Positions 28,575-38,832 are shown, numbered from the stretch's first letter. The stretch is 64,000 nt of DNA from Gemmatimonas sp. (GCA_965279375.1 OZ257156.1:2208001-2272000); one strand, 5' to 3'. The notes: generated by a model from the sequence alone, not told the origin. A program made the numbers and translations.

Positions 28575-30599
28575 CTAGCGCCGGCAGCACCAGAACTGGT
28601 ACATGCCGGCGAAGGTGTCGGGGTTCTCCGATTCGAACAGCTCCCAGCAGGCAAGGTTCGTGAGGGCATCTGCGGAAGCGTACTGGGCGCTGAAGCGTTG
28701 CCGGGTGCGCTGGTCGAGCTGAAAGCCGAGGAAGCGCAACGACAGCGACTCGAGTGCGTGCGCCAGCTCCGGTACGGTGTAGGTCCGCTCTTGCGGGTGC
28801 ATCACCAGATCGCGACAGCCACTGGTCGAGTAGAAGTCGAGAAACTGTGTGACCCCGTGCGCTGCGTGCTCGGATGGCAAGTCGAGAATGGCTTGCCGGC
28901 AGGCGCGAATGCCTGCTTCCGTTGGCGTGAACTGATGCGCGCGAACGAATTCGCGCGCCGCATCGACTGTGTGCCGCGCCCGCGTTGCATACAGTCCGAT
29001 CTTCATCACGCCGTCCGGCGCGAGTTGATCAAGGAGCTTGCGCCACCCCTCCAGCGGGTCCGCGAGATGGTGCAGCACGCCCGAGCAGGAAATGACATCG
29101 AATTGACGGCCCAACTGAGGCAGCAGCAGTAGGTCGGCCTGCGCAAACGACAAATTGCGCACGCCAAGTTCCGCCGCCTTGCGCGCGGCGTAGGCCAAGC
29201 TCGCTCGACTGAGGTCGATTGCCAGCACCTCTGCGTCGGCGAACTGCAGCGCGACCTGAATGGACTGTCGGCCTGTGCCGCCGCCCGCGACGAGCATCGT
29301 CGCCGGCTCTCCGAGGGCATCACCCGATCCGTCGGCGCCGCGCAGCTCGCGCATGAACGTCCGCGTCGCGACAACGCCGGGGCGTTCAATGCTGCGCCAT
29401 CGCGGATACGGATTCTCCTCGTACATCGCCTGCACGGTCATCGACACGTCGTTCGCGACAGCCGAGAGAGATGGCATGCTCTGCGCGAGCAGTGCCTCGC
29501 GCTCGCGATCCTCCACCTGTTCACGTACCAGCGCGGCGAACTCCGGTGGGCGTCCCTCGCTCTCGCTCGTGCTGTCGGCGCGCGTCAATGCGTTCTGTGC
29601 GTACGCCCATCCCGGCACTGTGTGCAACGGGGCGTAGCAGGCCGCGAGGACCAAGTCGAATCTACGCGATGCGTCATTCGCGTACGCCGACGAGTGTAGG
29701 CGCTCGAGCACGATCTCCAAGGCACGCTCCTCCGCCTCCGACACGTGCCACGCGTACTCGGTGTTGAAGCATTGCCGAGCGAGCGTGCAACAGAACGCAG
29801 CGAGATCTGCTGGCGGGACTGACCCCGTGTAGTTGGCTGCACGCCGCAACAGCATCGCGCGACGCACGTTGGTGAGGACACGTTCCATGCGCGCATTGGA
29901 CACCACGACGCGAGGCAGAATTGCGCGCAAGAGTGGATCGTCGATCAGCGCGGTCGTGGCGATCGTAGCGGTCTCGAATGGATCGCTCGCTGCGCGCGCG
30001 CACGTCTCGAGCTGCGCAAACGCGCTCGTGCTCATCGTCAGGCCGAGAACCGCGTCTGCGAGTAGCTGGGTGTCCAGCGATTCGTCGTGGCACAAGCGAA
30101 CCAGCACCGCGCGCACGCTGTCGCTGGCCGTGGTGAGCGCGACACCCTGCAACGCCGATACGACGAGACCGTGCAACTCCGAACGGTGCGGCTGTGCCGC
30201 GAGCACCTCGAAGAGCAGCGGAAGTGCGTCAGCGACGTTGCCGCGTGCGTGCCGGACGAGCGCCAGGTTGGTCGCAACATCCGTCGAGGTTGGCAGCAAC
30301 GCGCGCGCGCGCAGGAGGGAACGTTCCGCGAAGTCGAGCTGCCCGGTCATGCGATAGGCGTCGCCGAGCGTGTTGTGGAAGGCGCCCGAGTCGGGCCGTC
30401 TGGCCATCGCGCGCGTGACGAGGCGAATCGCTTCGTCGTGCTTGCCGCTTTGGTGCGCGATGAGACCGAGCAGATAGAGCGCGTCTGCCTGTCCGGCCTC
30501 CTGCTGCAGCACTCGGCGATAGCCCGCTTGGGCCTCGGTCAATCGACCAGCCTGATGATGCTGCAGCGCCTCTTGCAGGAGCGACTCGATGGCAGGCAC
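28575..30599 (-). CDS. TPR-repeat class I SAM-dependent methyltransferase
   Basis: N-terminal TPRs (ADALYLLG, FHNTLG); YEENPYPRW, LVAGGGTG, IDLSRASLAYA, SGVLHHLADP. Confidence 0.88.
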   Translation of the reverse strand: MPAIESLLQEALQHHQAGRLTEAQAGYRRVLQQEAGQADALYLLGLIAHQSGKHDEAIRLVTRAMARRPDSGAFHNTLGDAYRMTGQLDFAERSLLRARALLPTSTDVATNLALVRHARGNVADALPLLFEVLAAQPHRSELHGLVVSALQGVALTTASDSVRAVLVRLCHDESLDTQLLADAVLGLTMSTSAFAQLETCARAASDPFETATIATTALIDDPLLRAILPRVVVSNARMERVLTNVRRAMLLRRAANYTGSVPPADLAAFCCTLARQCFNTEYAWHVSEAEERALEIVLERLHSSAYANDASRRFDLVLAACYAPLHTVPGWAYAQNALTRADSTSESEGRPPEFAALVREQVEDREREALLAQSMPSLSAVANDVSMTVQAMYEENPYPRWRSIERPGVVATRTFMRELRGADGSGDALGEPATMLVAGGGTGRQSIQVALQFADAEVLAIDLSRASLAYAARKAAELGVRNLSFAQADLLLLPQLGRQFDVISCSGVLHHLADPLEGWRKLLDQLAPDGVMKIGLYATRARHTVDAAREFVRAHQFTPTEAGIRACRQAILDLPSEHAAHGVTQFLDFYSTSGCRDLVMHPQERTYTVPELAHALESLSLRFLGFQLDQRTRQRFSAQYASADALTNLACWELFESENPDTFAGMYQFWCCRR

Positions 30600-30820
30600 G
30601 TGCGACGTCGATGGAGGAGGTGGCGAAGTGCGACTTCGTGGCCGCGAGTCGGCGTGAGGCTGGATGGGTCGAGTGACCCAATCGCCTGCGACGCGGCCTC
30701 CGTAAGGTTGCCTGAGTCGTACGCCGGTTCTGTCAACAGGAATCGCAACAGGCGATGCAGAATGGTGGCGCGCAATCGGGCGCGAATCAACGCCGCATCG
30801 CAGGAATCTGGAGATGCGCT

Positions 30821-31723
30821 ATGACGTGGCTACGTCGCGTGGGAATGTTGTTCGTGGGAGTGCTCGTGCTCGCGCTGGCGGGCGCGGCGACAGTGTATGG
30901 AATGTCGGAGCGTCGGATGTCCGCGCGGTACACCGTAAAACCGGAATCACCGGTGCGTGTCATGGCGAGCGCGGAGCAGCTCGCGCGCGGCGAGCATGTC
31001 GCCAAGGCGCTGGCCAAATGTACCGACTGTCATCAACCCGACTTTGGCGGGGGCATGGTCGTCGACGCGAAGCCGATCGGTCGTGTGGAGGCAACCAATC
31101 TGACGATCGGAAAGGGCGGCGTGCTGTCGGGCTACGACGACGCGGCGCTGGAGCGCGCGATTCGCCACGGCATCGCCAGCGATGGGCGCAACCTCCTTAT
31201 CATGCCGTCCGCCGAGTACAACAACCTCGCCGACGACGACATCGCTGCATTGATCGCCTATCTGCGCTCGCTGCCGGGTGTGGACCGCGAACATCAGCCA
31301 GCGCGCATTGGTCCAGTGCTTCGTGCGCTGTGGGTGACTGGCAAGCTGGTGCCCGCACCCGCCGAGGAGATTCGTCACGATGCGCCGCACCGGGCCGTCG
31401 CGCCGAGGGGCAACTCCGTGGAGCACGGTCGCTACATCGCCAGTAACGGGTGTACCGGCTGTCATGGTACCGGCTTTTCTGGGGGCCCGATTCCCGGCAC
31501 ACCGCCGGATTGGAAGCCGGCGGCCAACATCACGCCGACGGGCATCGCGCACTACTCACTGGCAGACTTCGCCAGGATCATGCGCGAGGGCCGCCGTCCC
31601 GACGGGAGCGTGGTGGACACGTTGATGCCCATCAAGGCCACCAAGTTGATGAGCGACGAGGAGATCGAATCGGTTTACCGGTTCCTCAAGACGGTTCCGC
31701 CCAAGCCGTATGGCAACCGCTGA
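30821..31723 (+). CDS. Membrane-anchored dihaem cytochrome c
   Basis: CTDCH and CTGCH, each followed by NLT/NIT and an MP axial-ligand motif; start MTWLRR with GGAG RBS. Confidence 0.9.
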   Translation: MTWLRRVGMLFVGVLVLALAGAATVYGMSERRMSARYTVKPESPVRVMASAEQLARGEHVAKALAKCTDCHQPDFGGGMVVDAKPIGRVEATNLTIGKGGVLSGYDDAALERAIRHGIASDGRNLLIMPSAEYNNLADDDIAALIAYLRSLPGVDREHQPARIGPVLRALWVTGKLVPAPAEEIRHDAPHRAVAPRGNSVEHGRYIASNGCTGCHGTGFSGGPIPGTPPDWKPAANITPTGIAHYSLADFARIMREGRRPDGSVVDTLMPIKATKLMSDEEIESVYRFLKTVPPKPYGNR

Positions 31724-31741
31724 GCGCCGTCGACGACCCAT

Positions 31742-32365
31742 CTACTGATTGCTGTGCAGGCGGGCGCGCACGGCGCTGACGAAGCGCTCGGCGTCGGCGG
31801 GCGCGAAGTGCGCGAGAAACGGGACGTTGTTCTCCTTCATGTCCACGAAGGAGAGGACGGGCTTCTTCCGGTACTCGAAGACGATGGTGTTCTTCTCGTA
31901 ACGAGCGTCCTTGAGATCCGCGATCGGGAATCCGCGCGCGTTGTCGAACACGACGCTGAGTCCTGCGCTGACTGACTTCTTGACGATGCCCTCGATCATT
32001 CGACCGAGGGCATCGCTGCTGTCTCCGTCGGAGTTCTTGGTGGACTTGGCGAGATCCTCGCGCACCTCGCGCCGTACCGAGTCGGAAAACGCCACGAGCA
32101 CCGAATCGTTGCGAATACCCATGACCATGCCACCGCCGATGGTCGTGATGGAGACGGCGCCGCGGGAGAGGTCGGCAGGATCGGGTTGGTCGATAGGTCC
32201 ACGCGACGCGCTGTCGGCAGCACCGGCCGAGTCGGTCGTCACACTGGCGGATACGCCGAACGAGCTGGACGTGGTCGAATCGGCGGGCGCAGCATCGTTG
32301 TCAGACGTGCACGCCGAGGACGCGATGGCGACGAGCACAGCAGTCGGGAGCAGGAATGCACGCAT
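31742..32365 (-). CDS. Hypothetical lipoprotein
   Basis: Lipobox-like SSAC, low-complexity linker, plausible globular C-terminus. Confidence 0.7.
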   Translation of the reverse strand: MRAFLLPTAVLVAIASSACTSDNDAAPADSTTSSSFGVSASVTTDSAGAADSASRGPIDQPDPADLSRGAVSITTIGGGMVMGIRNDSVLVAFSDSVRREVREDLAKSTKNSDGDSSDALGRMIEGIVKKSVSAGLSVVFDNARGFPIADLKDARYEKNTIVFEYRKKPVLSFVDMKENNVPFLAHFAPADAERFVSAVRARLHSNQ

Positions 32366-32543
32366 GGAAGAATCCGTAAAGGAAATGCCGCGGGGAACCG
32401 CTCAGCTTGGTCACGCGCGGTGCGGACGGGCTGACGAAGAGCGGCGGACGCGGTAAGTCTCGCGAACTCTTCGCGTCTCGGCCAGAGTGACGCTGTTGAG
32501 ATGGGTTGGTGCGCAGTAGAATCGAGCGTCGCCATCTATCGGA

Positions 32544-33524
32544 GTGAATCGCGTGTCTTCGTTCAAGCCGCAGTCTGTCGATTGGCCCGCCGACCGTGCC
32601 GTGTTGCTGGTCCACGGGATCGGTAATGCGAGCGCCGGTGCCGTTGCCTTCCCGTCGGGGGAGCTGGGCGAAGCGCTGGGAGCGGATGCCGCCAAGGTCG
32701 CGGTGTACACGCTCAGCTACGACTTCATCAACGACTGGGTCGTGCGGAAGCAGCAAGTCGCCGCCGGCATCGCAGCGGCCGGCAAGGTGGTGTCCCGGGA
32801 GTTCGACAATCCCGAGTTGGCCGATACGCTGGCGGAATATGTGGGTGACATCCTGTGGCCCGTGCTGCATCAGGACACGCGGCTGGCGATTCGCGATGCG
32901 TACATGGCACAGCTGCAGCAGATCGTGCTCGACTGCGGCGAGGCGGCGTTGGCGCGAGGACACGACCCGCTCGACTATCGCGTGAGCATCGTGGCGCACA
33001 GCCTGGGCTGCTACCACACGTATGAAGCGTTGCATGCGGCCGTACGTGAGCCGGAGTATCGATTGCAGCCGGGTACGGACCTCACGCAGCTCGAGAGCGT
33101 GACGTTGATGGCATCGCCGGTGCAGCTCATTCGAACTGTCGCCGGTGCGATTCGCGCGTTCGTGCCTGCGCCGGAGCAGTTGGCCACGCTCGATCCAGCC
33201 GGACTCTCGCTGCCGGCGCAGCCGGTGGGGCGCAAGAACGTGCCGGCCACGCGACGGTTTCTGTCCGTCACAGGCAATCAGGATCCGGTTGGTGGCCACT
33301 TGCTCGGCAAGAAGAACGGATGGGCGTTCATGGACATCGCGGGCCAGGAAACGACGATCGTTCCGCAGTCGCTCGTGGGCGGCAACAGCGCGCAGGCTCT
33401 CAAGGCTGCGTTGCAGTCGGGCGGCGGTGCGGGCGCGGCCGTTGGCGCCACCGTACAGGACCCGCATTCATGGAGTGCCTATATGACGCGTGAAGCCGCG
33501 CTGTTGTCGGAGCTGCTCGCATGA
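32544..33524 (+). CDS. Alpha/beta-hydrolase-fold protein
   Basis: LLVHGIG, nucleophile elbow AHSLG, NQDPV, DPHSW (candidate Ser-Asp-His triad). Confidence 0.7.
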   Translation: MNRVSSFKPQSVDWPADRAVLLVHGIGNASAGAVAFPSGELGEALGADAAKVAVYTLSYDFINDWVVRKQQVAAGIAAAGKVVSREFDNPELADTLAEYVGDILWPVLHQDTRLAIRDAYMAQLQQIVLDCGEAALARGHDPLDYRVSIVAHSLGCYHTYEALHAAVREPEYRLQPGTDLTQLESVTLMASPVQLIRTVAGAIRAFVPAPEQLATLDPAGLSLPAQPVGRKNVPATRRFLSVTGNQDPVGGHLLGKKNGWAFMDIAGQETTIVPQSLVGGNSAQALKAALQSGGGAGAAVGATVQDPHSWSAYMTREAALLSELLA

Positions 33525-34483
33525 ACGCGCATCGTGTTGGCCTTCTGGCCTGCGGTCTTGCCTTTGCATGCTCCGCACTCCCCGCGCAACAGAGCGCCGA
33601 CGCGCTGCTGTTGGCGCGCGCCGATTCCATCACCGTCGGCGACTACTGCACCGCACTGCGCAGCGTCATGAGCAAGGACGCCGTGCTCCGTGCGATCGCC
33701 GACGAACGCTCCCTGGTCGAAGTGCACGTGGAACGCATCTGCGATCCGCGCGTGCGCGCGATGTCGCTGCGTTCGCTCTCGGCGTCGGGGCCCGCGTCGT
33801 TCGTGGCGGTCGCGCGTCAGCGACAGGATGCGTATCGGCAGCTTTCGGCGGCGCCGCTGGATACGTCGATGCAGATCGTGCGCAGCCGTCTGCGCGGCGG
33901 CGATCTGCGTCCCATCGTGCGCGATGCGCTCGGCGACTCGGCGGCGCAGGCCTTCGTGCGAATCACGGAAACGGCGCAGGGACTGTTCGTGCGCGAGGCG
34001 CGCGATCGTGCGTTGATGAGACTCGACCGATACGAGCGCAAGCTGGGGCCCCAGTCGCCCAAGCTGAACGCTGTCGAAGTGGTGCTCAACTACAGTGCGC
34101 AGCGGTGGGTGCCAGGCTTTGCACCCTCGGTGACACGCGGGCCGTCACCACTCGAACTGATTGCGTCGTATGTGCCCACGTACGCCACCGTCGCCGACAA
34201 GAAGGCGGCGGCCGTGTCGGCCACCGAGTTCGGTGTGCGCGGCTATTTGTTTGGTGATAACTGGGGCAAGACCGGCAAAGCCGGGCTGCTCAAGCCCGCG
34301 TACTGGTCGCTTGGTGCTCTGGTCGCGAGCGATCGCAGCGCAGCGTTAGCGTGGCCGTGGGACGGGCGCACGCGGACGGGAGTATTTGCGGGGTGGGGTG
34401 AACTCAAGGTGGGCTACGTGCCCGGTCGCAAGGGGTCCGTCATCGTCACGAGGCAGTTGCAGGTCATTCCGTTCGTGTTCTGA
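33521..34483 (+). CDS. Hypothetical exported protein, possibly outer-membrane
   Basis: Signal peptide, ATGA coupling to the hydrolase, beta-strand-like C-terminal half ending in Phe. Confidence 0.65.
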   Translation: MNAHRVGLLACGLAFACSALPAQQSADALLLARADSITVGDYCTALRSVMSKDAVLRAIADERSLVEVHVERICDPRVRAMSLRSLSASGPASFVAVARQRQDAYRQLSAAPLDTSMQIVRSRLRGGDLRPIVRDALGDSAAQAFVRITETAQGLFVREARDRALMRLDRYERKLGPQSPKLNAVEVVLNYSAQRWVPGFAPSVTRGPSPLELIASYVPTYATVADKKAAAVSATEFGVRGYLFGDNWGKTGKAGLLKPAYWSLGALVASDRSAALAWPWDGRTRTGVFAGWGELKVGYVPGRKGSVIVTRQLQVIPFVF

Positions 34484-35027
34484 TCGAGCGCTCGGCGAGC
34501 AGCGCATCGATCACGTTGGTCGCGCGTGACTGCCGTTCGGCCCACGTGCCACGAATCAGTGTCACTGGTGCGTTGAACCGCGCGAGCGTATCGCGGAAGA
34601 GTTGCTGCACTTCCTCGCGCCGGTCGCCGCGGTCACGCACGTCGTCTGGCACCCACGGCACGTCGATGTCGAGGAGCAGATAGTGCGTGGGCTGTCGTGC
34701 GATCGCTGCCTCTTCGATGAACGCCGGACAGCGTCCGAAGTAGTGATGGCAGTAGACCACCGTGCTGACCAGATCGGTGTCCTGAATCAGCAGACGGTCA
34801 GTGCGCGCAATGAACTCGTCTTCGCTGGCCATCTGCCCAAAGGCGATCGGGCCATGATCGCGAAAGTCGAGCGGGGCGCCCTTGTTGGCGGCGTAGGTGC
34901 GCACGAACTCCGGCACCACCGGCGCGGCGTAGTGCGCGCCGAGTTGCGCGGCGAGTGTGGTCTTTCCAACGGATTCCGAACCCGTCAGGACGATGCGGAC
35001 GAGGTGCGGTTGAACGATCGCTTCCAT
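34464..35027 (-). CDS. NadR-like (ribosylnicotinamide kinase-type, AAA_28) P-loop kinase
   Basis: RIVLTGSESVGKTTLA, VPEFVR, IQDTD, PWVPDDVR; overlaps the 3' end of pnuC. Confidence 0.85.
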   Translation of the reverse strand: MEAIVQPHLVRIVLTGSESVGKTTLAAQLGAHYAAPVVPEFVRTYAANKGAPLDFRDHGPIAFGQMASEDEFIARTDRLLIQDTDLVSTVVYCHHYFGRCPAFIEEAAIARQPTHYLLLDIDVPWVPDDVRDRGDRREEVQQLFRDTLARFNAPVTLIRGTWAERQSRATNVIDALLAERSIRTRTE

Positions 35028-35608
35028 TCGAAGTGGCCGAAGATGGCGAGCAGCAGAAAGACCGCGTAGAGCAGCGCCGTCAGGCGCAGGCCACGCACGA
35101 GAAAGACGCCAACGTACGCAACATCGAGCACAATCCACAGCGTCCAATTCTCGAGCAGCTTGCGCGTCATCATCCATTGCGCGATCAGACTGCCCACGGC
35201 GAGTGCCGCGTCGAGCAGCGGAAGCTTCGAGCCGGGAATGCGCGAGGTGATCGAGAAGACGGCGAGCCAGAGCAGCAGCGCAACAGCGGCGAGTATAGTG
35301 GCGAGACGTGCACTCGTCCGCGTGACCAGGAGTGTCGACTCCTGTGGTGCGCCGCGGAGCCAGTGCCACCAGCCGTACAGTGAGAGCACGAAGTAGAACA
35401 GCTGCAACCCGGTGTCCGAGTACAGACCGGCGCGCGAAAAGACCACCATGTAGAAGACGGCGTTGGCGACGCCGAGTGGCCAGCTCCAGATGTTCTCGCG
35501 CGTGACCAAGTACACGTTGAGCACGCCCGTGATGAAACCGAGCAGCTCGGTGCCCGAGCTTCCGTGTGCGACGAGCCATGCAGAGATCCCAGCGACCAGA
35601 GCAGTCAT
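34985..35608 (-). CDS. pnuC: PnuC-family vitamin transporter
   Basis: About 7 TM segments; RENIWSWP, LQ...YGWWHW, AQWMMTRKLLENW.LWIVLD. Confidence 0.9.
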   Translation of the reverse strand: MTALVAGISAWLVAHGSSGTELLGFITGVLNVYLVTRENIWSWPLGVANAVFYMVVFSRAGLYSDTGLQLFYFVLSLYGWWHWLRGAPQESTLLVTRTSARLATILAAVALLLWLAVFSITSRIPGSKLPLLDAALAVGSLIAQWMMTRKLLENWTLWIVLDVAYVGVFLVRGLRLTALLYAVFLLLAIFGHFEWKRSFNRTSSASS

Positions 35609-35660
35609 GCGCGGAAAGCTACACAGCACGCTACACATCGCGCGTACCGCTGATTATGCT

Positions 35661-35756
35661 TTGGACACATGACCGGGGTGCCGGCGCCGCTAGTGAGCGT
35701 CGGCTGAGAGAGTCCCGTAGAACCTGATCCGGTTCGTACCGGCGTAGGGAGTCCAA
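35661..35756 (+). ncRNA. TPP riboswitch (THI element)
   Basis: GGGGTG...GCTGAGA...CCC..GAACCTGATCCGGTTCGTACCGGCGTAGGGA consensus core, closed by TTGGAC/GTCCAA pairing immediately upstream of the ATG at 35759. Confidence 0.95.
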
Positions 35757-35758
35757 CG

Positions 35759-37885
35759 ATGTCCAGCCTATCTCGGGCGCGCACTGCGGTGCGTGGGCCC
35801 GTCCGTCTGTCGGTGCATCTGCGCGTGAGCGCATCGTTGTGTGTCGCTCTGCAGTCCGTGTCCTTCCGGACCCTCCCCGCTCAAACGCCCGACACCACGT
35901 CGCGCGCCGCCGCCAGCGATAGCGCGCGTCGCATCGAGCGCGTGCTCGTGCGGGCCATTCGTGCGTCGGACAAGGCACCCATCTCGCAGAAGACCATTGA
36001 ACGCGGTGTCATCACGCAGCGCAATTTCGGGCAGGACGTGCCGCTGTTGCTGCAGGGGGCATCGCCGTCCATCACGGCACACACCGAGACTGGTACCACC
36101 TCGGGGTACAGCTATCTCCGGCTACGCGGGCTCGATCAAACCCGCATCAACATTACCATCGACGGCGTACCGCTCAACGACATGGAGGACCAGGTCCTCT
36201 ACTTCGCCAACTTCGCCGATCTGATGGCGAACGTGCAGTCTGTGCAGGTGCAGCGCGGTGTGGGCACCAGTACCGCCGGTACCGCGTCATTCGCGGGCTC
36301 GATCAACTTTGAGACGACGCCCGTTGCACGTCGCGAGGCCGGCGGCGACGTACAGCTGCAGCTTGGCTCCTTCGACGCGCGTCGCTTGAGTGCGTCGTTT
36401 CATTCGGGGATGCTGGGGACTCGCTTCGCCGCGTACGGGCGCGTGAGTGCACAGCAGACCGACGGCTATCGCGACCACAGTGGCGTGGAGGGGCGGTCCG
36501 CATTTCTCGGTGCGGGCTGGTTCGGTTCGCGCGACATCGTCAAACTGACGACGCTTGTCGGCCTGCTCGCGGATACGCTGTCGTACACGGGGGCAACGGC
36601 GGCTGAGCTGGCCCGCAACCGTCGGTACAATCCGTTGGCGCCCGATGAACTCGACCGATTTGGCCAGCAGATGGTTGCGCTGTCGTACTCACGAGTCGTG
36701 AATGGCGCGACGTCGCTCAACACCACCGTCTATCGCAACTCGGCCAGCGGCAAGTACGACTACTTCGATGGTGGGGATCGCTACCAGTTCGGACTCGCGC
36801 ACAGCTGGTATGGCGTCACCAGCGCAGTGAACGTGGACCGCGGCGCGTTGCAGCTCAACGCCGGTGTCAACGCGAATCGCTACGAGCGTGCACATCGCGC
36901 GTGGTTACGCCCGGACCTCGCGACCACGCTGTACGACAACACCGGCCACAAGGGTGATGCAAGCGGCTTCGTGAAGGGATCGTACGAGGTCGGTATGGTG
37001 CGCTGGTTCGCCGATGTGCAGGCGCGGCACGCGACCTTTCGCTACGAACCCGACGCGCGCGCCGGCATCAGCGGACGCTCTATCGACTGGACGTTCCTCA
37101 ACCCGAAGGCTGGCGTCACCGTGCAAATGGCGGACGGACTCTCGATGTTCGCGTCGTACGGCAAGACAACGCGCGAGCCTGCACGCAGCGATCTCTTCGC
37201 CGGCGACGACGATCTCAACGCTGGCAATGTGGCCGACTACGGCGACTTCACGCGCGTGAAGCCGGAGTCGGTGCGTGACGCCGAGCTCGGTCTGACGCTC
37301 ACGCGCGGCGCAGGCGAGCTGTCGGCGAACGTCTACAGCATGGATTTCACCAACGACATCGCGCGCATCGGAGCTCCCACCGCATCGGGCTCGGTGCTGC
37401 GGCGCAATGTGGGCTCCAGCTATCGGCGTGGCGTCGAAGTGGACGGCACGTGGCGCGCGACCTCACGCGTCACGCTCGGCGCGAACGTCACCGTGAGCAG
37501 CAATCGCATCAAGCAGTTCACCGATTCGTCGCGCGCCACGCCGGTAGTGCGTCGCAACGTGGAGCCGTTGCTGACGCCTCGCCTGCTCTCGGCGCAGCGC
37601 ATCGAAGTCAGCGCATCGAAGCGCGTCACGCTCTATGCAGAAGGGCGATATCAGTCGCGTGCTTTTCTCGACAACACCAGCAGCCCTGACCGCGTCTTGC
37701 CGGAGTTCTTCGTACTGGACGCGGCCGTGCGTGTAAGCGAGGGTCGGTACTCGCTGATAGTGCGTGGCGGCAATGTCGGTGATCGTCAGGGCTACGGCAG
37801 TGGTTCCGTGTCGAGCTCCGGACGGGTGCGCTATTTCGTGCTCCCCGCCCGGAGTGTCAACGTGACGTCGTCCGTCTCGTTCTAG
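35759..37885 (+). CDS. TonB-dependent receptor, probably for thiamine
   Basis: NFGQDVP, LRLRG...RINITIDGVPLND.E, VQRGVGTS, NPKAG, terminal Phe; preceded by the TPP riboswitch. Confidence 0.9.
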   Translation: MSSLSRARTAVRGPVRLSVHLRVSASLCVALQSVSFRTLPAQTPDTTSRAAASDSARRIERVLVRAIRASDKAPISQKTIERGVITQRNFGQDVPLLLQGASPSITAHTETGTTSGYSYLRLRGLDQTRINITIDGVPLNDMEDQVLYFANFADLMANVQSVQVQRGVGTSTAGTASFAGSINFETTPVARREAGGDVQLQLGSFDARRLSASFHSGMLGTRFAAYGRVSAQQTDGYRDHSGVEGRSAFLGAGWFGSRDIVKLTTLVGLLADTLSYTGATAAELARNRRYNPLAPDELDRFGQQMVALSYSRVVNGATSLNTTVYRNSASGKYDYFDGGDRYQFGLAHSWYGVTSAVNVDRGALQLNAGVNANRYERAHRAWLRPDLATTLYDNTGHKGDASGFVKGSYEVGMVRWFADVQARHATFRYEPDARAGISGRSIDWTFLNPKAGVTVQMADGLSMFASYGKTTREPARSDLFAGDDDLNAGNVADYGDFTRVKPESVRDAELGLTLTRGAGELSANVYSMDFTNDIARIGAPTASGSVLRRNVGSSYRRGVEVDGTWRATSRVTLGANVTVSSNRIKQFTDSSRATPVVRRNVEPLLTPRLLSAQRIEVSASKRVTLYAEGRYQSRAFLDNTSSPDRVLPEFFVLDAAVRVSEGRYSLIVRGGNVGDRQGYGSGSVSSSGRVRYFVLPARSVNVTSSVSF

Positions 37886-37920
37886 GGTCGTGATGTAGCT
37901 GTCGCCTGCAATCGCGCAGC

Positions 37921-38730
37921 TCAGCGACGCGACACTTCCATCCGCCCCGTGAGATTGCGCCGCGCTTCGTCGAGCGCGGCGCGCAACGCCAACGCCTTCT
38001 CGCGCGATGAGCCGTTGCGCGTGGCATCCCGCAGTGCGTTGCGCAACGTGCGCTGTGCGTCGTCGTTCACCGCGCCGCCGGCCAGCAGTGCGGTTGCTGC
38101 GACTTCGTAGATCGCCACGGTGGAAGCGGCCTGCCCGTCGTTGTAGAGCGGCGCGCCACGGTCGATGGCGAGATCGATCAGATCAGCTGCGCTGCCGCCG
38201 TTGCCGTTGTTTGACCCACCATTGGCGCGGTTCTCCGTCGGAATGAGCACGCGATCGATGACGTGAATGATACCGTTGCTTGCCGGAATGTCGGCGATGC
38301 GCACCGTTGCGTCATTGATGCGCAGGAAATCACCGTCCTGTGCGATTCGCACAACGGGGCCGGCCACCGTCGCGGCCGAGCGGGCTTCACGCGCCTGCGC
38401 CGCCGTGACACGTCCTGCCACCACGTGATACGTCAGGATGGTGCGCAGCTTCTCGCGATTCTGCGGCTTGAGCAGCTCTTCCACCGTACCGCCGGGCAAG
38501 CGCTTGAACGCTTCGTCAGTCGGCGCGAAGAGCGTGAACGGACCGCGACCGAGGAGCGTTTCCGTCAGACCGGCCGCGTCGACTGCGGCGAGCAGCGTAG
38601 TGAAGGATCCAGCAGTCTTGGCGACCTGTGGAATGGTCGGCGTGGTGCGACCGCCATGTTGCGCGGAGGCCTGAGCAGGGAGTGCGAACATCGAGGTGGC
38701 GACCAGCGCGAGAGCAAAAATGGGACGCAT
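37921..38730 (-). CDS. Secreted fasciclin (FAS1) protein with an extra helical C-terminal domain
   Basis: Signal peptide; GPFTLFAPTDEAF, ILTYHVV, NGIIHVIDRVLIP. Confidence 0.93.
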   Translation of the reverse strand: MRPIFALALVATSMFALPAQASAQHGGRTTPTIPQVAKTAGSFTTLLAAVDAAGLTETLLGRGPFTLFAPTDEAFKRLPGGTVEELLKPQNREKLRTILTYHVVAGRVTAAQAREARSAATVAGPVVRIAQDGDFLRINDATVRIADIPASNGIIHVIDRVLIPTENRANGGSNNGNGGSAADLIDLAIDRGAPLYNDGQAASTVAIYEVAATALLAGGAVNDDAQRTLRNALRDATRNGSSREKALALRAALDEARRNLTGRMEVSRR

Positions 38731-38781
38731 GCAAACCTTCCGAGCGATTGGGTGATCGAAACGAGCGAGGATGTCCTGCTG

Positions 38782-38807
38782 TTCGCCCGGATCGCTGTGC
38801 CGGATGC
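38782..38807 (-). promoter_or_regulatory. ECF (SigK-like) promoter for the fasciclin gene
   Basis: Minus strand GCATCC-N16-CGAA. Confidence 0.75.
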
Positions 38808-38832
38808 GCCATGGTCGACATCAATTATGAGT

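Noticed and set aside
34464..35579. Apparent frameshifted pnuC-nadR fusion
   Set aside because: Both genes are complete with their own starts; a short overlap explains the arrangement.
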